A stretch of DNA of 56,885 nucleotides from a virus (lineage: Duplodnaviria; Caudoviricetes). The stretch is from IMG/VR virus record IMGVR_UViG_3300049053_000087, positions 1 through 56,885 of that record; one strand, written 5' to 3'. Positions 9,561 through 18,910 of the stretch are shown here, in pieces (positions within the stretch are counted from its first letter, which is position 1; each line of letters begins with the position of its first letter). The translations under genes were made by a program, and so were the position numbers. The notes under the pieces were generated by a model. That model was not told the DNA's origin and made no database searches. It saw nothing but the letters and a program-made list of their open reading frames with translations.

Positions 9561-10735
9561 GCTTCCAACCACGACCATACCAGCGGGAGGCTATTGATTC
9601 GGCAGTCGACTACTTCCATGACAAAAAGAAGAAGTATAACGCAATCGAAATCCTCCCGACTGGTTCGGGCAAATCGGTAGTGATCGCCAACATTGCTAAA
9701 GAGCTTACCGGAAAAACTTTAGTATTCCAGCCCTCGAAAGAAATACTAGAGCAGAACTTTAAAAAGTTTCTCAGTTACGGTTTTCGGGCTGGTATATACT
9801 CGGCATCCGGTGGAATGAAGTTCGTCGATGATATCACCTTTGTTACGATCGGCAGTGTGGCAAAAAAGATTCACCTGTTTGAAAAGTTCAAGAACATCAT
9901 TATTGATGAGTGTCACCTGGTTAACCCTGCTCAGGGAATGTATGAGAACTTTATCAACACCCTGTCACATACCAAAGTTCTCGGGTTAACAGCTACACCA
10001 TACCGGTTAGCAGCCGGGGCCGAAGGAGCAGAGCTACGGTTTATTACCCGGCAATCACCTCGCATATTTAATAAGGTGTTGTATTACGTTCAGAACGATG
10101 TGCTATTCAATGCCGGCCACCTGGCGCCGCTAAAATACTTTTCTTTCAATGTGATCGATCGCACAATGCTTTCCATGAACTCATCAGGTACCGATTTTAC
10201 CGATGCATCGATGAAGGCTTATTACCGGCAGATCAACATGCCGAAGATCACGATCGAGTACGGCAACCGCCTGTTAAAGAAACGTAACAACCTGCTCGTA
10301 TTCTGTGCACTGATCGAGGAAGCCATGCAGGTGGCTAGGGGTATTCCTGGTTCTGTAGTGATCACCGGTGAAACTGAAATGGGTTTGAGAACTAAAATTC
10401 TCAATCAATTCAAAGCAGGGAAAATTCGCTGTGTAATAAATGTTGGAGTGCTCACCACTGGTTTCGATTATCCCGAATTGGAGGCTGTGTTAATTGCCCG
10501 TTCAACGATGTCGCTGGCTCTTTATTACCAGATCGTGGGCCGGGTAATGCGGCCATATAAATATGAAGATGGTAGTATGAAGGAAGGATGGGTGATTGAC
10601 CTGGGTGGTAATATAAACCTGTTTGGTAAGATTGAAACGATGAAGATCACTACCGATGAGAAAGGCCTGTACATGATCGTCAATAATGGCCGGCAATTAA
10701 CTAATGTTCCATTCAATAGAGGTATTGCAGCATGA
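9557..10735 (+). CDS. SF2 DEAD/DEAH-box helicase (ResIII/UvsW-like)
   Basis: RPYQ, PTGSGKS, DECH, TATP, TTGFD and Q.VGRVMR motifs. Confidence 0.92.
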   Translation: MSFQPRPYQREAIDSAVDYFHDKKKKYNAIEILPTGSGKSVVIANIAKELTGKTLVFQPSKEILEQNFKKFLSYGFRAGIYSASGGMKFVDDITFVTIGSVAKKIHLFEKFKNIIIDECHLVNPAQGMYENFINTLSHTKVLGLTATPYRLAAGAEGAELRFITRQSPRIFNKVLYYVQNDVLFNAGHLAPLKYFSFNVIDRTMLSMNSSGTDFTDASMKAYYRQINMPKITIEYGNRLLKKRNNLLVFCALIEEAMQVARGIPGSVVITGETEMGLRTKILNQFKAGKIRCVINVGVLTTGFDYPELEAVLIARSTMSLALYYQIVGRVMRPYKYEDGSMKEGWVIDLGGNINLFGKIETMKITTDEKGLYMIVNNGRQLTNVPFNRGIAA

Positions 10736-11325
10736 GACACAAACAAGCCTTAGAGATAGCGGTTGTGATCTGTGAGAGGTTGTACCCTTTCACTACTAAG
10801 CTGAACATCGCCGGTAGCATCCGCCGGAAAAAGCCCGAGGTGAAGGATATCGAGATCATTTGCCTTCCGAGGTATATCGACGGTGCACAAGGCGGATTGT
10901 TTTCGGAAGTTCTGCCAGTGCAGGTGATCAGCCCAAACTTTGTTGGAATGGTAAAGGCTTTGGGAACAGTAATCAAAGGAAAACCTGATGGGAGGTACAT
11001 GCAGATCGAATTGCCGCAGCGTATTACGCTCGATCTATTCATGCCGGACCCGGTTGATTATTTCCGACAGTATGCGATCCGGACCGGCAGTTCTGATTAT
11101 TCCCGTGAGACAATTGCAAAGGCCTGGAAGCGCAAAGGATGGTGTGGTAGTGATGTAGGGCTCCGGCTTATCTCCGATTGTGTAGAACACAAACAGCCGG
11201 ATGGTAAAAGTAAGTGGCAGTGTGTGAATCCAACTGCAGAGTTTCCCCCAGTATGGCACAGTGAGCAAGAGTTTTTCGATTGGTTAGGTGTACCATATAT
11301 AGATCCGAAGTTAAGAACGATATAG
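10732..11325 (+). CDS. minimal family X DNA polymerase-like nucleotidyltransferase
   Basis: AGSIRR..PEVKDIEII, a third acid in TLDLF, RTGS, and SEQEFFDWLGVPYIDP..R thumb motif. Confidence 0.8.
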   Translation: MRHKQALEIAVVICERLYPFTTKLNIAGSIRRKKPEVKDIEIICLPRYIDGAQGGLFSEVLPVQVISPNFVGMVKALGTVIKGKPDGRYMQIELPQRITLDLFMPDPVDYFRQYAIRTGSSDYSRETIAKAWKRKGWCGSDVGLRLISDCVEHKQPDGKSKWQCVNPTAEFPPVWHSEQEFFDWLGVPYIDPKLRTI

Positions 11326-11359
11326 TTCCCAGTTATTCCAAACCTTTTAAAACTGTAAT

Positions 11360-11830
11360 ATGTCAAAGAGCGATTCCTACATTAATAAGCTGAAAGACCC
11401 ACGTTGGCAGAAACGAAGACTTGAAATAATGCAAAGAGATAATTTCTGTTGCCAGCAATGTTTTTTAGGTACCAAAACCCTGCATGTTCATCATAAATAC
11501 TATGACCATGGGAAAGAGCCCTGGGATTACCCTGATAAGGTTTTAGTTACACTGTGTGAAGATTGTCATACCTCAGAAGGGGCAGGGAAGCAAGAGGCTA
11601 TGCAGTCTATTTATAGAGCCTTTTGTGACAAAGGGTTCCTTAATTGGGAGATTACTTCTTTAGCGGGAATCATTGATGCCTATATACCAGTACAAAAAAT
11701 ATGGCCTGTTCAAGTTACGGAACTGATAGAACTTATTTTATGTAATAATGATTTTAGAGAAATGATACTTCAAAAATTTGGGGAGATCCGTACGGCCCAA
11801 CTTGAAGCAATGGAACCAATGCCTTATTAA
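11360..11830 (+). CDS. HNH endonuclease-domain protein
   Basis: DPRWQKRR..I..RDNF.CQQC...LHVHH...LVTLCEDCH. Confidence 0.85.
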   Translation: MSKSDSYINKLKDPRWQKRRLEIMQRDNFCCQQCFLGTKTLHVHHKYYDHGKEPWDYPDKVLVTLCEDCHTSEGAGKQEAMQSIYRAFCDKGFLNWEITSLAGIIDAYIPVQKIWPVQVTELIELILCNNDFREMILQKFGEIRTAQLEAMEPMPY

Positions 11831-11848
11831 ACCTTTAAACCTTTACGA

Positions 11849-12697
11849 ATGGCTCGGCCTACTAGACAAGGCATTGACTATTTTCCTTATGATGTGGATC
11901 TCGACCTTGACGATAAACTCGGGATGATTGTAGCCGAATTTAAGATTAAAGGCGAAACGCTTTATATAAAACTTTGTGCATGGATTTATAAGACGAACGG
12001 ATATTATACTGAATGGAACGAAGATGTACAACTGAAGTTCCTGAGACGTTACGATTACTGTGGTTTCTCAGTGAGTTTCCTAAATGAGGTTGTGCCGAGG
12101 TTAATCAAGTGGGAGCTATTTGATAAAGCTGTCTTTGATTCGTCTCATGTTCTCACTTCAGCACGTATTCAGGCTACCTGGTTGGACGCAACACGTAAGA
12201 GGAAGGATTGCATAATAGATGAAAAGTTTCTCATTTCTGCGGTTTCTTCCGCCTTACCTCCGGAAGAAACTAAGTTAATTCCGGAAGAAACTCCACAAAG
12301 TAAAGTAAAGGAAATAAAAGAAAAGAAAGTTAGTAATGGCGAAAACGGCGCTGCCGTTTCGCCTCCTAAAAAAAGTTTGGATGATAAGCAAAAGGAAATG
12401 GTAATTCGGCAGCAGGAGTTTGGAAGCAGCTTAGTTGAATTTGTTCCGCAATATGGCAAAGATATGATTCGAGCTTTTTACGATTACTGGCGTGAGCCGA
12501 ATAAAAGCAGAACCAAGTTCAAAAAGGAAATGCAGGATACCTGGGATACAAGTCTTCGGTTAATTACTTGGGAAAAAAATCAGACCAAATTTAACAAGGG
12601 AAAAAAGGAAGACGTTCCTGTAAACACAGGTCCATCCGCCCGGGAATTGGAAGAGGCAGAAAACCGTAAAAAACTTGGCATCGATGGAAAGGACTAA
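11849..12697 (+). CDS. replication initiator (DUF4373/Lin1244-like N-terminus)
   Basis: MARP..GIDYFP.DVD start, LTS..IQ motif, C-terminal FYDYW.E; directly upstream of DnaB. Confidence 0.8.
   Translation: MARPTRQGIDYFPYDVDLDLDDKLGMIVAEFKIKGETLYIKLCAWIYKTNGYYTEWNEDVQLKFLRRYDYCGFSVSFLNEVVPRLIKWELFDKAVFDSSHVLTSARIQATWLDATRKRKDCIIDEKFLISAVSSALPPEETKLIPEETPQSKVKEIKEKKVSNGENGAAVSPPKKSLDDKQKEMVIRQQEFGSSLVEFVPQYGKDMIRAFYDYWREPNKSRTKFKKEMQDTWDTSLRLITWEKNQTKFNKGKKEDVPVNTGPSARELEEAENRKKLGIDGKD
12242..12330. repeat. iterons and A-rich tract, candidate replication origin
   Basis: TCCGGAAGAAACT at 12259-12271 and 12280-12292 (21-bp period); inverted copy GTTTCTTCCG at 12242-12251; purine/A-rich run follows. 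Confidence 0.65.
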
Positions 12698-14213
12698 AAA
12701 CGATAACGATAAGAAGCAAAGGCGAAACCGGCATGTGGATGTTCAAAACATGGTTTACGGCAAAGTTCCTCCGCAGGCAAAAGATCTGGAAGAGCAGGTA
12801 TTGGGCACCATCATGATGGAACGTGGTTCTATTGATCGGGTGTTGGAATTCATTACCGAGGAATCATTTTATCTCGATGCTCACCAACGCATTTTTAGGT
12901 GCATGCTGTCTCTTCACCAAAAAGGCCAGCCCACCGATCTCGGTATGGTGGTGGAAGAACTCAGGCGCCATGAAAAATTGGAAGCTGTCGGCGGTCCCTA
13001 TTACGTTACCAAGTTGACGAAGCATGTTGTTTCATCTGCCAGTATTGAGCACCATGCGCAGATTATAGCGCAAAAGTTTTTAGCTAGGGAGTTGATACGA
13101 ATTGGGCAGGAAATAGTACGGGATGCATATGAGGATACAACCGATGTATTCCAGATGCTGGATGAGGCTGAGGAACAGTTGATGAGTATCGGTAGTAAAC
13201 ACATTCAGGGAGATGTGAAAGGTATCGATACCGTGCTTGTTAAAACGATCAATAAAATAGAAGAATGGCGGAAGCAGGATACTCACATTACCGGTGTTCC
13301 ATCGGGTTATGAACAACTCGATCGCGCTACACGCGGATGGCAGCCTGGTGATTTGATTATTCTTGCAGCACGGCCATCGGTCGGTAAAACATCCTTCGCC
13401 CTTCGGCTTGCTCGTAATGCGGCAATCAATCAGATCAAACCGGTACCTGTTGCAATATGGTCCTTGGAAATGGAAGATGTTCAACTGGGCCTTCGGATGC
13501 TGTCTTCTGAAACCGGTATGATGTTACATCGCATACAAACCGGCCGGCTGGAAGATGAAGATATGACAAGGCTCTACCGTGATGGAATTCAAACGTTGGC
13601 AGGTACAAAGATTTTCATTGATGATTCACCAGGCCTCAACCTGCTGAAGCTACGGGCTAAAGCACGCCGTCTGAAAAAGAAACATGATATCGGGCTTATT
13701 CTGGTTGACTATCTGCAGCTGATGAGCGGTGATGAAAATAGAGGGAACCGTGAGCAGGAAATATCAAAGATTTCCCGGGGCTTGAAGCTCCTTTCAAAAG
13801 AACTGAAGATCCCTATAATCGCCCTTTCTCAATTGAGCAGGGATGTTGAAAAGAGAACTGGTACAAAACGCCAGCCTCAGCTTAGCGACTTACGGGAATC
13901 AGGCGCCATTGAACAGGATGCGGATATGGTGGTATTTCTGTGGGGCCCCGATGACGATGAAATCGGCCAGGATGCTTCGCTTAAGAACCGACGCTATGCG
14001 CGAATAGCAAAGGCTCGTAACGGTATGCTACTTACTTTAAACTTTGAGCTGAACAAGGATACGCAAGAATGGGAAGAAACAGAACAGGATTTATTTTCAA
14101 AGCCAGTATCATCCACGCCACCCTCGCCCAACTTAAAACCGTTGGCTGAAGTGTTGAGAGAGAGCCCTAAGAGCTTTTATGATAATGAAAAAGACGAAGA
14201 GTTGCCTTTCTGA
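12675..14213 (+). CDS. dnaB: replicative DNA helicase DnaB
   Basis: PPQA.DLE, AARPSVGKT, SLEM, DYLQL, LSQLSR, SDLRESGAIEQDAD and KARNG. Confidence 0.97.
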   Translation: MASMERTKNDNDKKQRRNRHVDVQNMVYGKVPPQAKDLEEQVLGTIMMERGSIDRVLEFITEESFYLDAHQRIFRCMLSLHQKGQPTDLGMVVEELRRHEKLEAVGGPYYVTKLTKHVVSSASIEHHAQIIAQKFLARELIRIGQEIVRDAYEDTTDVFQMLDEAEEQLMSIGSKHIQGDVKGIDTVLVKTINKIEEWRKQDTHITGVPSGYEQLDRATRGWQPGDLIILAARPSVGKTSFALRLARNAAINQIKPVPVAIWSLEMEDVQLGLRMLSSETGMMLHRIQTGRLEDEDMTRLYRDGIQTLAGTKIFIDDSPGLNLLKLRAKARRLKKKHDIGLILVDYLQLMSGDENRGNREQEISKISRGLKLLSKELKIPIIALSQLSRDVEKRTGTKRQPQLSDLRESGAIEQDADMVVFLWGPDDDEIGQDASLKNRRYARIAKARNGMLLTLNFELNKDTQEWEETEQDLFSKPVSSTPPSPNLKPLAEVLRESPKSFYDNEKDEELPF

Positions 14214-14647
14214 TGAAATCAGGGATTACCATACAATACATCGAACAGCAGCTGGAAGCCGGCAAGATCCGCGCTTATAAAATCAATAACCCGAAACCAG
14301 TATTGCAGGTACCCGCGCAAGAAAAGCCAAAGAAGAAATCGAAATATGGTAATGAAAAGCATATGGTTGATGGAATTGAGTTTGATAGTAAGCTGGAAGC
14401 GGCCCGTTATGGTGTTTTAAAGTTAATGCTGAAAGCCGGCATCATTGGTTTACTCGAGTTGCAGGTGCCTTATGAACTAAACCCTGGTGGAACTCACTCC
14501 CTGAAGTATATCGCCGATTTTGTTTACATCATCCGGGCCACCGGCGAAAAAGTGGTAGAAGATGCGAAGGGCCATCGTACCCGGGAATACCTCAAGAAGC
14601 GGCGCCTGATGAAAAAAGTTCACGGAATTATAATCAAAGAAGTATGA
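14213..14647 (+). CDS. DUF1064-family PD-(D/E)XK nuclease
   Basis: SKYGN, DGIEFDSK.EA, Y.ADF and VEDAKG. Confidence 0.85.
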   Translation: MKSGITIQYIEQQLEAGKIRAYKINNPKPVLQVPAQEKPKKKSKYGNEKHMVDGIEFDSKLEAARYGVLKLMLKAGIIGLLELQVPYELNPGGTHSLKYIADFVYIIRATGEKVVEDAKGHRTREYLKKRRLMKKVHGIIIKEV

Positions 14648-14907
14648 CAGGCAGGATCGAAATATATCATCACGGTAACCTTATTTACCAGGAGCGGTTT
14701 CGCCTATGGGAAGCTGAGAAACTAACCTGGGAGCGGAAGGCTCAATCGCGGGAGCTTCAGTACAATTTGAAAATAGCCCGCCTGATAAAGTCAATGTCAT
14801 TTTTTGATCCGGATCAAACGAAAATATTTGTCACGTTTAAATCAAAGATGAATGGAAAAGAATTACCCCATCTACCGGAAGTTTCACAATGGGAAGGAGT
14901 TCCATAA
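14644..14907 (+). CDS. hypothetical protein
   Basis: ATGA overlap with the upstream gene. Confidence 0.5.
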   Translation: MTGRIEIYHHGNLIYQERFRLWEAEKLTWERKAQSRELQYNLKIARLIKSMSFFDPDQTKIFVTFKSKMNGKELPHLPEVSQWEGVP

Positions 14908-15100
14908 AATAAATAGTGAGAATGAAGCTGTATCCATATTAGTGAATAAAAATTTCACCCGGATACTCCTTACAAAAAATGCCATGGTAATTGGTGATGC
15001 GATGGATGAAACTCTTTCAGCAGAAATCACAAGGGATGAATTTGAGAAAGTGTATGGCATGGCACAATACCAACTTTCAAAAGCAAACTGTGCACAATGA
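14852..15100 (+). CDS. hypothetical protein
   Basis: ATGA overlap with the downstream gene. Confidence 0.55.
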   Translation: MEKNYPIYRKFHNGKEFHKINSENEAVSILVNKNFTRILLTKNAMVIGDAMDETLSAEITRDEFEKVYGMAQYQLSKANCAQ

Positions 15101-15633
15101 TCAAATTGATTCTTTCATACCTCCTTCACCACGCGAACCGCGAAACAAAGGCTGAGGATTTCTATAAAATAAAGGATCGGATACTTACCAAATATGGTAA
15201 AGTGATAGGGCATGATGTGCAACATATACCTGGCAAGATCTGTTTCGCATGCAATGGAACAGGTGAGCCTTTATGGATAAATGATCAGGATGATGAACAC
15301 TGTTCCCGGTGCTATGGAGACGGCTGGTATAAACAACCCAAATGGATATTATTGCAGCGGATCAAGTTTGGAAAGTACACTTTTCATAAGCCTATCTACA
15401 GAACTACACAAGAAAATAACTTACGTTATGAGTACAGTCAATTGCCACTTACGGTCCCAATCATTGAAGGTTACATAAGCCATACACCATCTAAGTATGG
15501 CAAAAAAGCCAGAACAATTCTTTTCCTTCTATACGATTTCCGGGGAAGCTGTAAACGCTCCTGGCTCGGTATCAAGAAACGAGTTCCAAAAGTATCTATA
15601 CGCTTCTCTCAACCTGACGATTTACCATTTTAA
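15097..15633 (+). CDS. hypothetical protein with DnaJ-type Zn finger and DDLPF tail
   Basis: CFACNGTG and CSRCYGDG motifs; ends DDLPF. Confidence 0.65.
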   Translation: MIKLILSYLLHHANRETKAEDFYKIKDRILTKYGKVIGHDVQHIPGKICFACNGTGEPLWINDQDDEHCSRCYGDGWYKQPKWILLQRIKFGKYTFHKPIYRTTQENNLRYEYSQLPLTVPIIEGYISHTPSKYGKKARTILFLLYDFRGSCKRSWLGIKKRVPKVSIRFSQPDDLPF

Positions 15634-15642
15634 AAAGTAACA

Positions 15643-16275
15643 ATGAAGGTTATTTCCATTCTTCAACCCTGGGCCAGCCTGACAGTAATTGGTGCAAAGC
15701 ATATTGAAACAAGGACATGGAATACCAAGTACCGGGGCCCGTTGTTGATTCACGCCAGTAAAAAATTCACCGGTGATCAGAAAGCATTAGGTATTGATTT
15801 TAATCACCGTTATGGTGTTGGCCTTGGTTTTCCTGAACACCTGCCGGTCGGCCAAATCATCGGCGCAGTGAATTTGATAGACACCTTCCCCACGGACCGA
15901 GTATTTGCAGGCGCTGGCGGCGGAATAGGTTATAAATCAAACTTACGTGTGGTTGATGGAGATGTGTTCAGAATGATGCAGATAACCAACAAGGAAAAAG
16001 CTTTTGGCGATTATTCACTTGGCCGTTACGGCTGGTTACTTTCCGATCCGGTTCAATTTCAACCCGGTATATCCATAAATGGAAAGCTCGGTTTTTGGAA
16101 TTACGATGGTGCAATATCAGCCATTCAGCATGGACCTATTACCATAAAACAGATAGTTAAAAATGTTTGGATTGCAACCTGTATGGTTATTGGGCCATTA
16201 AAATGCGAGGTTGAACAAAAGGGATTGACAGAGCAGGATGCCATCACTAAACTTAAAAAATTTCTCAACACATGA
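15643..16275 (+). CDS. ASCH-domain protein
   Basis: SI.QPWASL...G.K.IETR.W.T.YRGPLLIHA. Confidence 0.9.
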   Translation: MKVISILQPWASLTVIGAKHIETRTWNTKYRGPLLIHASKKFTGDQKALGIDFNHRYGVGLGFPEHLPVGQIIGAVNLIDTFPTDRVFAGAGGGIGYKSNLRVVDGDVFRMMQITNKEKAFGDYSLGRYGWLLSDPVQFQPGISINGKLGFWNYDGAISAIQHGPITIKQIVKNVWIATCMVIGPLKCEVEQKGLTEQDAITKLKKFLNT

Positions 16276-16910
16276 ATAAACGAATGTTTCAAATTCTGGA
16301 TGAAATGAACCAGAAGGATGAAGAAAATAATACTGCAGCGGTCGCTGTAAGTGGTGATTTCGTCGCAGCAAAAACCGCAAAAGGCGGTGGCCACGTAACT
16401 ATTGGCGTACCTGCTGAGGTAATTACCCAGCTATTTCTGAATGAACGAGTTGCTGTTCTGTTGATCATTGATAAAAAGGAATATGACCGGATTGATAAGG
16501 AATCCAAGAAAATAGAACCGTCAATCTATACCACTTCGCCTGAACCAATCAATTTATGGTTCGAACTCAGTCGTGCACAATACCTCACTGTTCCCCGCTC
16601 CGTTATGCAGGCTATGCCAGTTGATTGGCAGTTGAGGATGGCTGAATGTTTAGATCAGCTGGATGCCACTATAGACTGGCGACCAAAGGAAGGCCGGTAC
16701 TGGGTGAAGTTGAAGAACGACAACGGCCGGTATATTCATGATCCATTAATGAACTATCGACATCCGGATCCAGGCGTGATAAAGTTTAAAACCAAGGAGC
16801 GGTCCTGCAGGGTTTGTGGTTGCACGGAGAATGACTGCCGGCAGTGTGTTGAAAAAACCGGTAAGCCTTGCTGTTGGGTAGCAGAAGATCTCTGTAGTGC
16901 TTGTGTATAA
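16272..16910 (+). CDS. hypothetical protein with C-terminal Cys-rich Zn finger
   Basis: CRVCGCT..DC..C......C.WV..DLCSAC. Confidence 0.65.
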   Translation: MNKRMFQILDEMNQKDEENNTAAVAVSGDFVAAKTAKGGGHVTIGVPAEVITQLFLNERVAVLLIIDKKEYDRIDKESKKIEPSIYTTSPEPINLWFELSRAQYLTVPRSVMQAMPVDWQLRMAECLDQLDATIDWRPKEGRYWVKLKNDNGRYIHDPLMNYRHPDPGVIKFKTKERSCRVCGCTENDCRQCVEKTGKPCCWVAEDLCSACV

Positions 16911-16921
16911 TTACTTCTCCC

Positions 16922-17368
16922 ATGCTAAAGAAACTTTACGACAACGACTTTCCCCGTTTAAAACAACTGGCATACAGCATGGCCGGCAATGAATGTGAGG
17001 ATCTTGTTCAGGATGCCTTCATTAAAATGATTCCGTATCAGCATTTATGTTATAGTGAAGCGCAGGCCTTGATAACAACCATCGTTAAGAATAAATGCCG
17101 TGACTGGCTGAGGCATCAAAAAACGGTGCTCCGATATATGAAAGCAATGCCTGAGCCGGAAACCAGCTGTGAGATATCCTTACCATTTGTAGCGAAGGAA
17201 ATAAGGAACCAGGTTAAACAGCTACCGGCATATACCAGGGCAATTATTGAGCTGAGATACTTTGAAGAAATGACGCTCCGGGAAATTGGGAAGATCGTGG
17301 GGAAGGATCATGCTACAGTATACAGTCAGATAAAAAATGGATTGCAAAAACTAAAAATGTTCCAATAA
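16922..17368 (+). CDS. ECF-type sigma-70 factor
   Basis: Region 2 (EDLVQDAF, KNKCRDWLR) and region 4 (LP...R.IIELRYFE.MTLREIG..V HTH); ATG at 16922. Confidence 0.85.
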   Translation: MLKKLYDNDFPRLKQLAYSMAGNECEDLVQDAFIKMIPYQHLCYSEAQALITTIVKNKCRDWLRHQKTVLRYMKAMPEPETSCEISLPFVAKEIRNQVKQLPAYTRAIIELRYFEEMTLREIGKIVGKDHATVYSQIKNGLQKLKMFQ

Positions 17369-17931
17369 TGCAAAAAATCATTTCTCTTTTCCAACGCAAT
17401 TATGACGGCGACAAGCTGGTGCGCAATGAAGTAACACCCGGCGCTGAATGGGTTATAAACGGGGAAGGTATTGCTACACGAAAGTAGGACGGCACATGCT
17501 GTATGATCAAAGGCGGCATTTTTTTCAAACGTTACGATTGCAAACAAGGCAAAATTCCACCGGTAGGATTTATAGAAGCACAGGCGCCTGACCCTGTTAC
17601 TGGTCACTGGCCGGGATGGATTGCGATCCTCAGCGATGATAATGCGCCAGAAAATAAATGGCACCGGGAAGCTTTTATGAACACTGCAACCGAAGATCTG
17701 GCAATAGGCGGCACGTATGAATTGGTAGGGCCGCGCATCAATGGCAATAAAGAAGGTTTCGAAAAACACTTCCTGATTCCGCATGGAAATGACATACTCG
17801 AAAGGGCGCCACGAACCTTCAATGAGTTAAAGGATTGGCTTGATCAACTCCGGATCGAAGGCATCGTCTGGCATCATCCTGACGGCCGCATGGTGAAAAT
17901 CAAGAAAAAAGATTTTGGATTAAAATGGTAA
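17368..17931 (+). pseudogene. RNA-ligase-like nucleotidyltransferase (DUF5565/RLIG1-like) with in-frame TAG at 17485-17487
   Basis: From the coupled ATG at 17368 it reads MQKIISLFQR...EWVINGEGIATRK*DGTCC, in frame with ORF 17503; downstream motifs GTYELVG, EGIVW and MVKIK. Confidence 0.75.
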
Positions 17932-17934
17932 TGC

Positions 17935-18153
17935 ATGCCCGAAGAAATCCTGAACATCGAGCTCCACACGAAGATCCTTGTTATGAAGGCACTGGCCAGG
18001 AAGCCGAACCTTACGGCAGCTGCAGAGGCGCTCGGTGTATCGCTTCGCACCCTGCACCGGTATAAGGTGGCCTATAAAATAAGGCTGGTTGGTGAACAGT
18101 ATAAAATCATTGATCATAAAAATCAGAAAAATGGGAAATACAAAATTTCTTGA
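17935..18153 (+). CDS. Fis-like HTH protein
   Basis: NLTAAAEALGVSLRTLHRY. Confidence 0.8.
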   Translation: MPEEILNIELHTKILVMKALARKPNLTAAAEALGVSLRTLHRYKVAYKIRLVGEQYKIIDHKNQKNGKYKIS

Positions 18154-18343
18154 ACAAGCTACAAAAAGTGCTATGGCGTACACAGATGAGCGTAGGACTT
18201 GCGAACATTGCAAATTTGTAGGTAAGGATCCCAATGACGATACTGGATTTACACCGGCATGTACTTACTCCAACCTTTGCACATTTGGTGTTGTGCATCA
18301 TGGAAGTTGCAAATTCTTTCAGCCTAAAACTCCAACCACATGA
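18131..18343 (+). CDS. small Cys-rich protein
   Basis: CEHC..C..C..C; ATG at 18131. Confidence 0.55.
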   Translation: MGNTKFLEQATKSAMAYTDERRTCEHCKFVGKDPNDDTGFTPACTYSNLCTFGVVHHGSCKFFQPKTPTT

Positions 18344-18783
18344 AAAAGCTCTTTGCGCTCTGGTTTCTCTTCTACTCAATAGAAGCCTTCGCCCAATGCG
18401 AATCCAACACGTTTGTTTTCTCCCTCGCTCCAGGTGTTACTCAATCGGGTGTCTACTTCAGTATGGAAGCCGGCATCTGGCCGATAGAAGGAAGGTTTGG
18501 TGTAATGGCCGGGCCGCTCATGTACGATGAAAAGGTTGCCACCGATAAGGGAACAGAGAAGCTCACAGAGATTGATTTCGTTGGGCGGGTGATCTATAAG
18601 ATAACGCAGGTTGGTGATAATTGCCCTCAGCTTGTTACGATATTCGGAACAGTCCGCGGTCAAATGGGTATAAGCTACCGGGCGTATTGGTCAATCGGTG
18701 AAACGCAACTGTTAGGGGTTGAGCCAATGTATGTGAACCGGTTGGGGTTAGGCGTTAATTTGATTTTCACCGCAAGGTTATAA
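18340..18783 (+). CDS. secreted protein, probable small outer-membrane beta-barrel
   Basis: Sec signal MKKLFALWFLFYSIEAFAQ, amphipathic beta strands, C-terminal strand LGVNLIFTARL. Confidence 0.6.
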   Translation: MKKLFALWFLFYSIEAFAQCESNTFVFSLAPGVTQSGVYFSMEAGIWPIEGRFGVMAGPLMYDEKVATDKGTEKLTEIDFVGRVIYKITQVGDNCPQLVTIFGTVRGQMGISYRAYWSIGETQLLGVEPMYVNRLGLGVNLIFTARL

Positions 18784-18796
18784 AAAACGCAGCCGC

Positions 18797-18910
18797 ATGT
18801 ACCAGGTAATTGAATTTTTTAAGAATGCTTCTATCGGCCAATTCGTGACCGGAATAATAGTAGCCGCCTACATTATCAGTTTAATCATATCAATAGTCAA
18901 AAACAAATGA
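18797..18910 (+). CDS. 37-aa single-TM membrane peptide (not in ORF track)
   Basis: MYQVIEFFKNASIGQFVTGIIVAAYIISLIISIVKNK; ATGA overlap with 18907. Confidence 0.55.
   Translation: MYQVIEFFKNASIGQFVTGIIVAAYIISLIISIVKNK

Noticed and set aside
17485-17487. Genome-wide TAG recoding (genetic code 15)
   Set aside because: TAG is a genuine stop at 8339, 11325, 27573 and 51889 (next genes start within 1-2 bp at 8342 and 51891), and long genes are not fragmented.
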